From the NCBI GenBank assembly GCA_964187785.1, contig OZ076411.1, positions 89,652,001-89,716,000 of the forward strand: 64,000 nucleotides of DNA, given 5' to 3'. Shown here in pieces: positions 49,301-61,705 of the stretch; the stretch's first letter is position 1, and each line of letters begins with the position of its first letter. A model generated the notes under the pieces. The model did no database searches, was not told the origin of the DNA, and worked only from the letters and a program-made list of their open reading frames with translations. The position numbers and the translations under genes are program-made. This DNA is from Amphiscolops sp. MND2022. Its lineage: Eukaryota.

Positions 49301-49919
49301 TTTAAAATTGTATTTTGAGGTAGGAAAAAGTTTTCAAAAGCTTTACAATGAGTGAAATAAGATGAATAAAATGTAAAGATTGTAAAGATGTAGGTTGAAA
49401 AAGAATTAGGAAAACAGCATCAAAGTTAGACTGAAATAAGTTGTTATCAGATGACAATCGGGTTATTTGTAAAAAGGAAACATCGTATTTAGAGTTAATA
49501 ATGAATAATTTTTCTCTAATTCTTGAGAAAGATGAACGTCCTAATAGCCTGGAAAGTCACTTACATTGTAGTATTATCAAAGGGTGAAGTTTCCAAATCA
49601 AACTGGTTCGGCTCACGGATTCTTTTTGAACTAGGATCATAATTTCATAGAGGTTTGTTTCGTTGAAAAGAGGATTTTCTTGCAGGAGTGTTTTCATTTT
49701 GTTCTTCATAGGTTTTTTATTTTTGTTGGGAAATCATGTAAAAGACGGAATTGAAAAAAGTGTAATGGATTGTATTCAACGGTATTACTTTTATCAAATA
49801 CTCCGTGTGTAAATTGATCATTACCTAAATGATCACCCATAAATGGGTGAGAAGCTTGTTTTTAGAGGGTAATACTTATTGGCTGTTTTACTAATTTTTG
49901 TATTTGTCTTAAGGAGACG

Positions 49920-50748
49920 AATGAAGTCAAATATTTCTGTGATTTTGGGTGAGCTCTTAGCGTATCTCAAAACTGAGAAGACCTCAATCAAATTTTAGCT
50001 ACTAACGTTGATGTTACTAATCGAGATAATTGTTTGACAAAAACAAGAAACATCAAGTATAAAACAGAACAAAGTTCGAACTTATGTAATGTTTGTGGTC
50101 AAATTCTCATGATATTTGGAAATTGCAATTACATAATCTGAACAAGCTTTTGGCACTTGCCTCATTGTTGAAGTTTCCCCACTTTATTGAAAAAACTGCG
50201 AAGCTCCAAATCATTTTCGTTGGTTTGACACAAAGGTTTGATAATCGCGAGGCCAATAAGCTGTATTGGAATCGTCGTGGTTGATCTCACGGCCACCTCC
50301 GTAGATGCCAGTCAGGTTGCACTTCCCGCATTGCCTCGCCCTGTACATCGCTTAGGAAACCAATCTCATTGATTGTTCCCAACCCGTAATTCAATTTCTT
50401 TCTTCCGCGTTTGAATGAATTGTCACAATGCATCTTTCATTCCAAGTTAAAGTTGATCGTCAGTGGTGTTTTGTATATTCGAATACGCGGTGTATCGACC
50501 AGAAGGCATCACTGCTGTCACCAACCAATGAAGTCAAATATTGCTCTAATTTTGGGTGAGCTCTTAGCGTATCGCAAATCTTAGAAGACTTCAATAATAT
50601 ATTAGCAACTGATGTTGATGGTAATCGAGATAAGTGTTTGACAGAAACAAGAAATATCAAATATAAACAGAACAAAGTTCGAACTTAGGTAATGTTTGCG
50701 GTCAAATTCTCATGATATCTGGAAAATGCCATTACATAATCTGAACAA
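49920..50748. repeat. Diverged ~225-bp direct repeat (49920-50145 and 50527-50748)
   Basis: AATGAAGTCAAATAT...GGGTGAGCTCTTAGCGTATC...CAGAACAAAGTTCGAACTTA...ACATAATCTGAACAA present twice. Confidence 0.85.
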
Positions 50749-51313
50749 CATTATGACAAGGAGTTATCAGGTTGTAGTTGATTGATTTCAAAATGTGGTG
50801 GTAGTGTCTCATGTCGTAGTTGGCGAGTTTTGTTAGTAATTGTGGAGAAATTGCTACTTAGCATCTCGGCGACAGCAGTGTTAGTACTATTCCAAGATTT
50901 GCAACTATGGTCATTATCATCTGGGTTTTGTATTGACGGGGAGTTTATTTACCGTTTTTAGTGACGAAAGACAGAATTGAATTTTGATCGGTAAGGAGTG
51001 TGATCGCAAAGTTAGAACCAAAGATAATGATTCGTACGTAGAAAGGGCAAAGGTCAAATCACAAAGTTTTCTATCATATGTTGATAGTTTTTGTACTTGT
51101 GTGTTGAAAATTCAAGAAGTGTAAGGAATACCTTGCATGTGGTTATTAGAATTAGGTTTAAAAGAGAATAATGTTTAAAAGGTGTAATGTAGAAGGAATG
51201 GGATGTGTTAGGGATAACATTTTCAGCATTTTTCATTTTACAAAGGTATATTTCATTAAAGAGGTTGTCTTATAATTTTTCAGTAAAGCCAGTGAATCTA
51301 ATGTCATTGATTC

Positions 51314-53199
51314 TGTCGCGACCACCGCGGTGTCGCGAGACTTCAATTCCAAGAGGAACGCCAAAAAAAGGAAACGAAGAAATTGACCAGAACAGGTCAG
51401 AAAAGTCACCATAAAACCTGAAAAGGAAACTAACAAACTATTTTACCATCACTAAGTAAATATGTAAATATATAAGTAATACCCCAGTGCAGTACCTAAA
51501 ATACATGAATATTTATTTATTTAAATAATAATAAGGAGCGCAGTATTTGTTTAGTCAAACAACCAGCGTGCTGACCGAAATTTAATCCGATCAGCGCATC
51601 GACTAGAAGTTTCCCTCAGCGGCAGTAGTAAACTCAAACTAACTCTGTGCTTATTAACCAATCGGAATTGAGCGCAGTTGATACTAAATAACAAACCTGA
51701 GTCCACGTCCCAGGCAGCATACCAGTCGACTGAAGCTGAGTCGCACGCTCAGTCGCACTGCCTGCATACTCTAGTACATTAATATTGAACGATGCTAAGT
51801 CGAATATAGATGGAAATATGTGACCTAAGAAAAGCCTAATACCAAAGGAAAGCCCGATAAACGGTAACAAATGATAATTGAGTGCTACTATGAATTTTGT
51901 TTAATTTGTAATTGAGACAACCGCCCAGGCAACACACTGAATTTTCCACTAGGAACGTTGGACCGGGTGATTTTCAACAAACCTCGATTTAATATTTAAT
52001 CACCTCGTTTCATAATCATCACTCCGTTTGTTAACAATGACTTACCATTCAACTTGTCCCGCTTATATGAAACCCCCCATACATCGTTTATTGAGTCAAA
52101 CACCTGGTAAGCTAACCAGGCGACTCATGTCAAGTTTAATGACCAAGTGTCCTGGTACTTTGTTGCTTGTTTCCTTTCGAATCATATATTAACGGTGCTA
52201 ATTAACTGATTGCGAAGAGAGTCAGGGCTGTTAATTTTTTGTAAAACTTTTACTGATTTTGTTGAATCAACCCGAGAATTTGTCGAAGTAAAATTCATTT
52301 CCTTTTCCCGCCTTCAGTAGCTAGGTTCATGAATTTGAGTGCCAACTTTGGTTCGCCGTCTTGAATTCGCGGGGAATGAAGAAGGAAAGTACGCGGACGT
52401 GAGACTCGGCAGGAAGTTGATTCCCAGTTTTTCTTTAAAGTAAGATGACGCTGAAAGCCGAGTCCCGAGGAAGCGGACCTAATTTGGAATTCGTTGCCTC
52501 GGATTGACGCCGAGCAGAACAAGGTGTGAATTCACGCGCAGGATTTATCCCGCGTGTCTAGCGCAAAGTACATACAAGCGAAGCGGGTTAAGGAAACAGT
52601 CATTAATTATCAATTTTCCTAATATCTTACTGCTTTGAGAAGTTTACTTTCGATAAGAAACTCACCAAATCTCGAAACTTTAATCTTAATAGTTGTTGAT
52701 CATGTTTCGCATACTTACTTCTTTCCGTTGTGATATTCAAAGTTTGAATTTAATATCGTTTGGTAAAAATAACCCTGATTGGAAATAGTTTGAAACTGTT
52801 TTATTCATTTAAAATAACGGCTAAATTGGATCATATGGACCAACCATTCTTCTTGAATAATGCCTGAAAAGTCTCAGAAAAAACTCAGAAGTGATCAGAG
52901 CAGTAGCCAAGAAAACGCCGAAATATCCAGTCAAGTCTCTGACGAAAATACATGCCTCACCGAAAAGGATGTAGCAGACATCTCGAATAAGATCAAAAAT
53001 CGATTGTCTAAAAGGTTAAGAGATACTGAATTTACCCAGAGAGAGATCTTAAGATTGATTGAAAACCTCACGTCGAAGGTAGAAAGCCTCTCGAACCCAA
53101 CCACAGAACAGTCTGGTCAGGCATTACGTTTTGAACTAGATTCAGGACCAGTCGAAGACTCAGAAAATAACGACATTTCTAGGAACCTCAGTTCCAACA
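51314..53199 (+). repeat. 5' LTR of A2 (~1.89 kb)
   Basis: TGTCGCG...TCCAACA followed by the PBS; homologous to 6952-8812. Confidence 0.85.
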
Positions 53200-53212
53200 T
53201 GGTGACAGGAGT
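53200..53212 (+). promoter_or_regulatory. Primer-binding site TGGTGACAGGAGT
   Basis: Same 13-mer as in A1 and B. Confidence 0.85.
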
Positions 53213-54247
53213 ATTCACGAACCAACAAGAGAACAAGCATCAGCGATCATCAAGCCTACCACCTCCAAACCAGAGGTCCCCGATGATATCATTGACAAAT
53301 TACTAAAATAGTTGCAAACTGCAACCAACCACAATTCTGGCGTCCCCACACTACCCAAGGCCATGTCTACCACCATGCCAACTTTCGACGGCAAAACTGA
53401 CAAACTCGAGCACTTCGAGGACATCTTTCAGACAAGCCTCAAGGTGTATCCGAACATCATAGAGAAAAAAAACATTATTTTTATTCCCTCCTGAGAGGCG
53501 AAGCATTGCGAACATTCAGGAATGTGACGGAAGCAACACGGGAACACCTCAACGACATCCTTGCAGGCTTCTACCGCAGATACGTGAGACAACAATCAGT
53601 GGGAACAGCACGCTGCAAATGGAAAAATATGTCCTTTAACCCAAGCCAACAAACATTCCCAGATTTTCTAGAACAGTTTCAGAAGTTGGCCCGGGAAGCC
53701 TATGGAGAGGACGCCCCCCGTTTCATAGAGACCTCTTTCGATGCCAAGATGCCACCTCACCTCAAGTGGGTCTTAAACCAAGCCCGACTTGAAACAGTGT
53801 CATACGAAACCATGGTACAACACCTGGAGAAGGAAATCGAACTCAATGGACTTGCCACTACTGACAGCCCATCTACTACAGGGGTACACAACCTCGAACC
53901 AAGTCTACAACAACATAAACAACAACAACAACAAGAGAAACCGCCCGAAACAACATGAATATGATTCGGGTGTGGCAACCCGGGACATATGCTACGAAAC
54001 TGTCGTAAGACAAACAGGGACAAACGATCCCAGAGAACGAAATTCCAACTCAAACTACACCGTGTGAAACATGCGGAAATATGAGCCACGAGACCAAAGA
54101 TTGTTACTCGGGAGCGAACTGGGCAAACCGCCCAACGTGGTGGAAAACACCCAAAACAAAACCACCAAACAATATCCTGATCCTTCAACAATCACAAACC
54201 ACCCCAATGCAGCAGCCACAAACCATGGCACCAACAGATACCGAATT

Positions 54248-54254
54248 AAAAAAC
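54248..54254 (+). promoter_or_regulatory. -1 ribosomal frameshift slippery heptamer A AAA AAC (also minus-strand 5977-5983; C AAA AAC at 24917-24923)
   Basis: X XXY YYZ heptamer in gag phase, just before the gag stop; the -1 frame opens into the conserved pol N-terminus. Confidence 0.75.
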
Positions 54255-57200
54255 TTCTAAAGCCACGTCTTTGCTTCGGGGAATACATTGACTACAGTTA
54301 CTACACCATATCTGAACCATCTATTAGAAATGTTCGCAGAGTGTTCCGGTGAACCATCTACCGACTGTCAGCAAAGATGGCTCATAAGGCGCCTCATAAA
54401 GTTCAATAAATCCACCATTGACAAACTGCAATACCCAGAACGGTATCACGAAAACCCCAAACTGTACATTTCAACTAGACGCCCCCTCCCATCCAGTTCT
54501 ACTCCTGACACCTACATACACGATCCACACTACGGTTGTGACCCTTAGCACAACCCTGACTTATATGACCAAGTGACTCTAACCTTCAAAAAGACGATCA
54601 ATGTACCCTTCCACGACTTCGTTAAGAGAACGAACATGAACCTAGACATCGCCAAGAGAAAATATGTTGACATTGATAGTCACTCACCCGCACACGAAGC
54701 CGAGGAACACGATCCGGAGATACAAGTTATCGTCACAACACCTGCGGTATCACTCAGGTCAATACTCAAACCACACATCTCCAACCTGACCGAGAACAGG
54801 TCACCACCAAAAGCTTCGTCACACACAAACGCAATCCGGGCAGCAAGGACATCATCACCTTCATTTCCCCAAATGGCAGAACTCCCAATAAAAGAAAGGA
54901 CAAAGCAACCAGAAATCTCATCCATCAACGTACCAGATGCATACAAAGCTGGGGACTCTCCCAACACCCCTGCAAATCAAACAATTACTGACCCAACCCA
55001 AAAAACAAGGCGCATCAAACGGGCACTGATATGCGAGTTTGACCAAAAACCACAACCCAATACCACTGGGGACACTAAACCTGAAAATTTTCAACAAGAC
55101 GACGACAACTCGCTGCTACAACTAGACCCAAATCAACTAGCAAAAATCACTATTACAAACAATCCAACAGGGGAACAATATCTACCACTATTCTCGGCAA
55201 TCGCCCTCAAACAGAAGAGACGCATGAGTTTCGCACCAATGAACTTTCAACACTTCTCTCCTCATCGATTCGGGAGCCCTGGTCAACTGCATGCCCAAAA
55301 ACGAATACCAAAAACTCAAAAACATGAGTCCCAATAACATCCTACAGGTAGCTGATCCACCACCTTTCAAACTGCGAGTCGCAAATGGCGATATAGAAAC
55401 CCCAATCAAAACAATCCAAGTACATTTTGAAATGGGCGACTGGACATTCCAGGAAACGTTCGTTGTACATAGTAAGATCACAGGTCCCATCCTAGGGGTT
55501 ACTTTCCTAAAAAACAATAGCGCCATCCTGGACGCCAGTCAGGGACTCCTACATTTCCCCCACTTAACCTACGCAATAAACCCTGCATGTGACGAACAGC
55601 CAGCAAAACCGCACAAAGTGATCACCCTCAACCAGACAACGTTGGCCCCCAACCAATGCATCACAGTCGAGGCCCTGGTCAACATCAAATCAATCGCAGA
55701 CACCATCGGCGTCATTCAACCGACGCCAGCCTATGCAGAAGACAAACCAATAGTGCTTGCCAGCTAACTATCCACAGTCCACGAAATGAAAGTGCCCATC
55801 CGAATCACGGATATCTCACCCACACCATTCACCATCAGGAAGAACACACTGGTGGCCGAATTCCACATCACATCTCCAAATGAAGCTAAAAACATCAAAC
55901 CTTTATCGACAGCTGCATTAAAAGTCCTAACCGAAGACGATTCAGAACAAGCACTTCAATACGTCAACGAACTCCTGAAAACTACCGAAAAACTTGAAAC
56001 AGCCCAGCAGTTCTCGTTCCCAACTCCAGACAATCCAGGCGACCCCTCCACCCACGCACTTGTCCGAAGAAGGATCCTCAGGGAGATCGAAGAATTGAAG
56101 GAAATTCAAGAACTGAACCCCTCAACCAGTCAACAAGATAGACAAACATTCTTCGAGAATTTTAAGTGAGATGATTCCCAATTACACGACCAAGACCGGA
56201 AATGTATCGAGAACTTACTCGTCAAATACCATGACATATTTGCCCGCCTCCGTCTGGACATTGGCGTCAACCATGACTTCAAAATAAAACTGACACCAAA
56301 AAACGACCAACCAGCTTCCACGCAGAGCCTACCCTGTCCTGTGAACCTCAAAGTAGACCTCACAGTGGAACTAGCGTTGATGCACTACTACGGCATCATA
56401 ACCACACTACCTTTCAACAAATACGCTAGCAGCCCATATTCGCTCAACAAAAACCAAACGGGCGACTTCGACTGCTAGTTGACCTTAGAAAGATCAACAA
56501 TCTAATAGCTGACGACGACACCAACAACAACCACCCAGTCAGCACCCTCTCCGACGCAACCTAACACCTCGCTGGAAAGAAGTTATTTTGCAAGCTAGAC
56601 TGCTCCCAGGCTTACCACGTCTTGCAAATGGCAGACAAAAAGTCGGTAGAACTACTAGCTTTCAATTTCGCCATTCGAACATTCGCGTACCTGTGACTCG
56701 CACAAGAGCTCAGCAGGTCCCTCTCCTCCATCTCGAGCTTCATGAGAGAATATCTCGATCGAGTCATCAAAGCTGACAAATGCGCTCAGTACGTCGACGA
56801 CATCGGGATTGCCATCCACAACGCCGAGGAGCTGAAGATCAACCCGGGTGAGGTTTTTCAGTGCGTCCGAGAAGCAGGATTGCGTTTGACAATGATCAAA
56901 TGCCAGTTCAGCGCCAAGGAAGTCCAATTCCTCGTACAAACTTTGTCACCCGAAGGAATTGCCCCACAAGACCAGAAGATCCAAAACTACCTGCAAAAAC
57001 TGACCTTCCCAGAAACCAAAAAAGGCCTGCAACGCTACATTGGATTTGTTAACTATTATCGGAATTACATCCCTAGACTTTCCGAAAAGATAGCTCCGTT
57101 CCACGAAATTATCAAAGCAGAAAAACCCATCTAGACCACAAACGAGATAATGAACAGCTTCAAAAATATTAACAATTCTTTAGACAACGCGTGCGGCCTG

Positions 57201-59532
57201 TGGCTCAAGCAACCCATGCCCATTAGACAATACATACCCATGACCGATGCCAATTTCAAAAACGCGGGTTACGCCCTTATGATCAAAAAGAACACAGAAG
57301 AAAAGATCACCTCAGTCAGAAAAACTTATGCACCAGTGGCATGCGGTTCCAAAATGTTCTCACCGTCACAGATTAAAATGTCCATATATGCGAAAGAATT
57401 CCTGGCCATCTACTTCGTCTTCATCGAGTACAGCCACATTCTATGGGAATCAACCAAACCAGTTGTCGTCCTCACGGACAACAAATCTATGACCCGCTTT
57501 TTCCAGTTAAAAATCATTCCCCCAGCCTTGTGGAACGCCTGCGATTTCGTCCTTCAATTCCACTTCACCATTGCTCACGTGCCGGGCAAAGACAAGGTCC
57601 ACCTCACGATAAGAGACGACATCCGTACTACACCTATCCAGGTAAACATCCAGTCGTCCGACGTCACAGAAAAAGAGCAGTTCTTCTTCATGCCCGAAGA
57701 CGACACGGAAACCGAGGAACAAATCTGGGGACGCAAACTTCGGGCACGCAAGAAAATTAAAGGGGACAACAATACCAAACCCCACACAGATGAAACAACG
57801 AGCAGCGATCAAGAAGTCACCATATTTCAAAAGGAAGTACTAGTAACCCGAACAATCCCTGAAACTACCAATGAAGACGATGGTCCATTGAAAACCATGA
57901 GACACCAACAGGACCAAGACAACGTGCTGAGAAATTATAAGCTCCGTTTGCTCAAAGAACCATTCAACGAGCAACTCTTAGCAAGCGACCCCCGCGCAGC
58001 CCGATACATTGCCCAGGACAGCAGAATAATCCTACAAGACGGACTGTTGTACCGGCAGTACTACGACCACGCAGGAAAAGTCAAATTTTTACTGATTTTG
58101 CTACCTGAGCACCCGATTGACTCATTCATTCCAGCGCACCACGGACAAGAACGTCCCTAATAGCCAAAGTGATACAACAATGTCGGGAGAAGAACTATTA
58201 CCCAGACATGGCAGCCAAGATAGCTCATCACATCTCCAGATGCACCGAATGCATGCAGATAAAACGCACGGACAAACGGTCTATCACGCCACCGATGATT
58301 GACACGTCCAAAATAGCTCTAGGCCAAGAGGACGCCCTCCAAATAGACATTGTCCCCTTCGACGAGCCCTCCGGTGGCTATAATGCAATTGTCACAGCAA
58401 TGGACGTCTTCTCTCGCTACTTTTTCACGTACAACGTAGTCAAAACGGATGCCCCCACAGTAGCCCGAGTCCTTGTAGACATCATGACCCGCCACGCCTA
58501 CCCACCAACCACAGTCATTACTGACAAGGGCACCCAGTTCATGTCTGAAGTCATGGCCGACGCGACCATGATCCTAGGCACACTACTTAAACATGCCACA
58601 ACCAAACACGCCAAACTAGCGGAATCTTAGAGGGATGCCACGCCTCCCTGAAAGAGTCTTTGAAGATCTCAACGGGAGAACGGCGAACGATGTGGCACCA
58701 GTACGTAGCCATAGCAACACTTAACTACAACACATCGTATCACTCCGCCCTGGGTTGTGAACCTAGCAGAAAGTTCAACGGGAGAATCCCCTACAATGTG
58801 CTGTATCACAAGTTTGGCATACGAAGCGGACAACACTCGACACCGAAAACAAACCCAGGAGAAGACATCCTACACGCAACAGATCAAAGAAACAGTGAGC
58901 AAAAACGTGATGCAATCCTACATATGATACAAACAGTATTACGACAAAAAAACAAATGCTCACCCACTTCACGTCAACGAATACTGCTACGCACTACACC
59001 CCAGAGCGAATACCCAGAATACTAAAATCAGATTCAGAGAATACCTATGGACAGGACCCTACATCGTGGTCAAACCGCTTCTTAACAACAATTACCTCAT
59101 CCAAAAAATACAGACGAACTATACGCAAATCCTTCACAGGATCCGTCTGAAACCATGCCCGACCGACAAATCACTAGCAGACAAACCCGTCTTGCCTAAA
59201 GATTACATTCCAGACAATGAAGTAGACGTCTTTCACGATGGCCTATATGCTCAAGCACGGCAGTCGAATTCCGAGGAGTTCACCACAGTACACAACACCC
59301 CATTTCAAGCAGAACCTACAGTAACTATTCCTGATTCACCCGAAGAATAACTCACTCAAAAAGACACCCTTACACCCGACCTAGAAGAACCCCTCTTGGC
59401 ACCTAACCCAGATGAACACCCAAACGATACAATACCTATTGCCGGTTCAGACAACCTTGGAAATGAAAACCCGCCCCTCATTCGCCACGAAAAAATAAAT
59501 ACAATTTGCCAGCAAACCCCCCATCGAACTAG
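54248..59532 (+). pseudogene. pol: pol of A2, many lesions
   Basis: Protease, RT (QYVDD in ORF 56742-57134), RNase H (57150 onward), integrase (58169-58630: C..C, QID, ITD). Confidence 0.9.
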
Positions 59533-59829
59533 AAAAAGGATTATGCTTATTATAATCCGCTGAACGTTGATACTATCACTTTTTCACTTAAAAAACCTCC
59601 AACTGTCTGACTTTTTTCGATACATCAACCTGAGATCTCAAGAGAAAACCCATACAAGGATCAAAGAAAGTATTACAATAATGCCCCCTTTATTGGACTA
59701 ACTACGACTGAGGTTTTCCTATTTTATGCTTTTTCACAGTCCTCTCTCGCCACAATACTACAAAGAAATCAATAACATAGAAAGAACACCAAAATTACAG
59801 TCAATAGCACAGTAGGGAGACAAACTCCT

Positions 59830-61705
59830 CTAACGCTTCTTCACAGGGGTCGAATCTTTCCCTCCTGTAGCTACCTCTTGCGACGCTCGTCGAGCTTCTC
59901 GTTTCTGCCTCAACATCCGGGTAACGTCACGGGAAGAAGTCGGGGAATAGGAAATAGCAACAAATAAAAGATAAGCCTGAGGAGACCCCGCAGACTCTTT
60001 ACTACCCCTGCCCCAAGAACGGGCAGCAGAAGATACACCAACTGACAACGGGAGACAGATGGATCCACAACCACTCCAGGCTCCACTGACGTTTGTGGAC
60101 TGACATCGGCAACGGACAAAGTCATGGACGATGATAATCCAGTAAGAGGTGGCTGACCAACACGACGACGCCACTCAGCAACTTGGTCCAAGTAATACTC
60201 ATCGAACCGGTCCCGCAAACCACGGTAGGATCCTATCGACTGAGTACATAAAGTGGCCGCCACGGAGCGAAACTCTCATTGTTCAGGAAGTCCTTCCCAA
60301 CAGCCAAAGTGGCTTTCAACTCAAGCAAGCAGTCTTTTGTCAACAATTCGCCGGAATCGAACCCAGGAGCAGAAACAAACGACTGCACAGCAAAGATAGA
60401 AGACAGCAAAGTCGTCTTGGGGACTTGAACACCACTCAGGGAGAACTCAACGACTGGATAATGCACCTCACAAGGAACAGCCACGAGCGAAGCCAACTGG
60501 ACCACATGAGACAAATTTCCACGACAGCCAAAAGCTTCAGACTGCTGCATGAACACGACAGTGTCCGTGATGGTATCAACAACACGTCGATTACGACGAC
60601 GAAGATCCACCAAGAAGGACTTGAAATCATTGCAAAGACTCTCAGCAACCACATTCGTCACACGCCCACACTCCTGGAAACATGCCATCATTCCACGAAA
60701 CAGTTCAACTGTATAATTTTCAGCAGAAAGGTTCTGGAAATTCGCCTTGAAGCACGACACCAAAAGGTGCAACAAGCCCAAAGGGGGCAACACCTGGTCA
60801 TCAGCCAAGACCATTTGATTCAAATCAGCTGCATTCTATTGCGACTGGCAGGAACAATTGACGACTCTTTCAGATAAGACTGGACATCAACCCAGTTGCA
60901 TATCAATTCCTCCAGCACTGCACATAAAGAAGAGAAGGGTACTGCACTCCGCTGAACACATCGACGTAACTCACCCAAACTCATAAGCCAAGGCTGATGT
61001 GATGCTTTCCCCAAACGAAGAAGGAGATAATCATTGATTGAGAAAGGGTCCAGGGATCCAGAGCTCCGACCAGAAGCCTCACGAACATGTTCTTTGAACA
61101 TCTCCTCAGAATACTCGATTATCAGAATTAGCACAGGACGACTATCAGCCTTACACCATTCAACGAAGTCATTGAACAGGGTCGACGAACACCTCCGCAG
61201 CCCCAACAGGAAGAACAGCTAACAAACGGGACATACAGGCAATCTCAGCGTCACAGATACCAGGCTTCACGGGCTTCAACAATACACAAACTTCGTGCAA
61301 ACTACCAACATTGCAACAAAGCACGAAGCATCGAAGACCATCATGATCCTCACTTAAACTGACGTAAAAATGAGCGTCCTTACACCAGGACTGCACACGA
61401 CGGATGATCAATGGATACAAAGTTTGAGTCAGAATGACAAGAGACTATCTTGCTCCAAGTCGTGTGAGCACATTCGGAATCAACTGGAATTGTGGTTCGG
61501 AACTGATTCCACAACCTTCTGAGGAAACTGTGAGACCCACCTCTTCGCAGGAGTTCAAAAAACCCCCTACAAGAGTGAAGGCACGAACGTTTGATGATAC
61601 CCCAACCAAGGAATCAACCTCATCTTCGACGAAAGGGTTCTTGCAACCAAGAACCACAGCTGGAATTTTTTCAATCTCGGCCTGTGACTTCCATTTGATT
61701 GTGTG
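59830..61705 (-). pseudogene. Antisense accessory gene of A2 (>=600 codons, 5'-truncated), product unknown
   Basis: Minus-strand ORFs 61445-61657, 61169-61420, 60820-61206, 60233-60823, 59910-60263 and 59830-60174 tile one reading path; the C-terminal part is conserved in A1 with a strong synonymous bias. Confidence 0.75.

Larger units (their letters stand above)
42400..51313 (-). mobile_element. AT-rich Gypsy-like element remnant (internally deleted pol, integrase ends, long 3' region with env-like ORF relic); 5' end abuts the LTR of A2
   Basis: Integrase pieces ICLPFKFF...KTHTHG...IIDCLESQTNKH (~49000) and HLSDVTYEL...TNRNHI (~48500); heavily decayed, boundaries approximate. Confidence 0.6.
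52860..54260 (+). pseudogene. gag: gag of A2 (ATG inside the LTR), disrupted
   Basis: ORFs 52860-53306, 53312-53494 and 53506-53958; knuckle CETCGNMSHETKDC; ends ...ELKNF* at 54260. Confidence 0.9.
51314..61705 (+). mobile_element. Ty3/Gypsy LTR retrotransposon, family A copy A2; 3' end truncated, no 3' LTR
   Basis: LTR, PBS, gag, pol collinear with A1; sequence switches to an AT-rich element at ~61706. Confidence 0.95.

Noticed and set aside
60149-60877. 242-aa plus-strand ORF in the A2 3' region as an env or sense accessory gene
   Set aside because: It is the shadow of the antisense gene: in the segment shared with A1, this frame keeps only about 6 of 22 residues versus 14 of 24 in the antisense frame.
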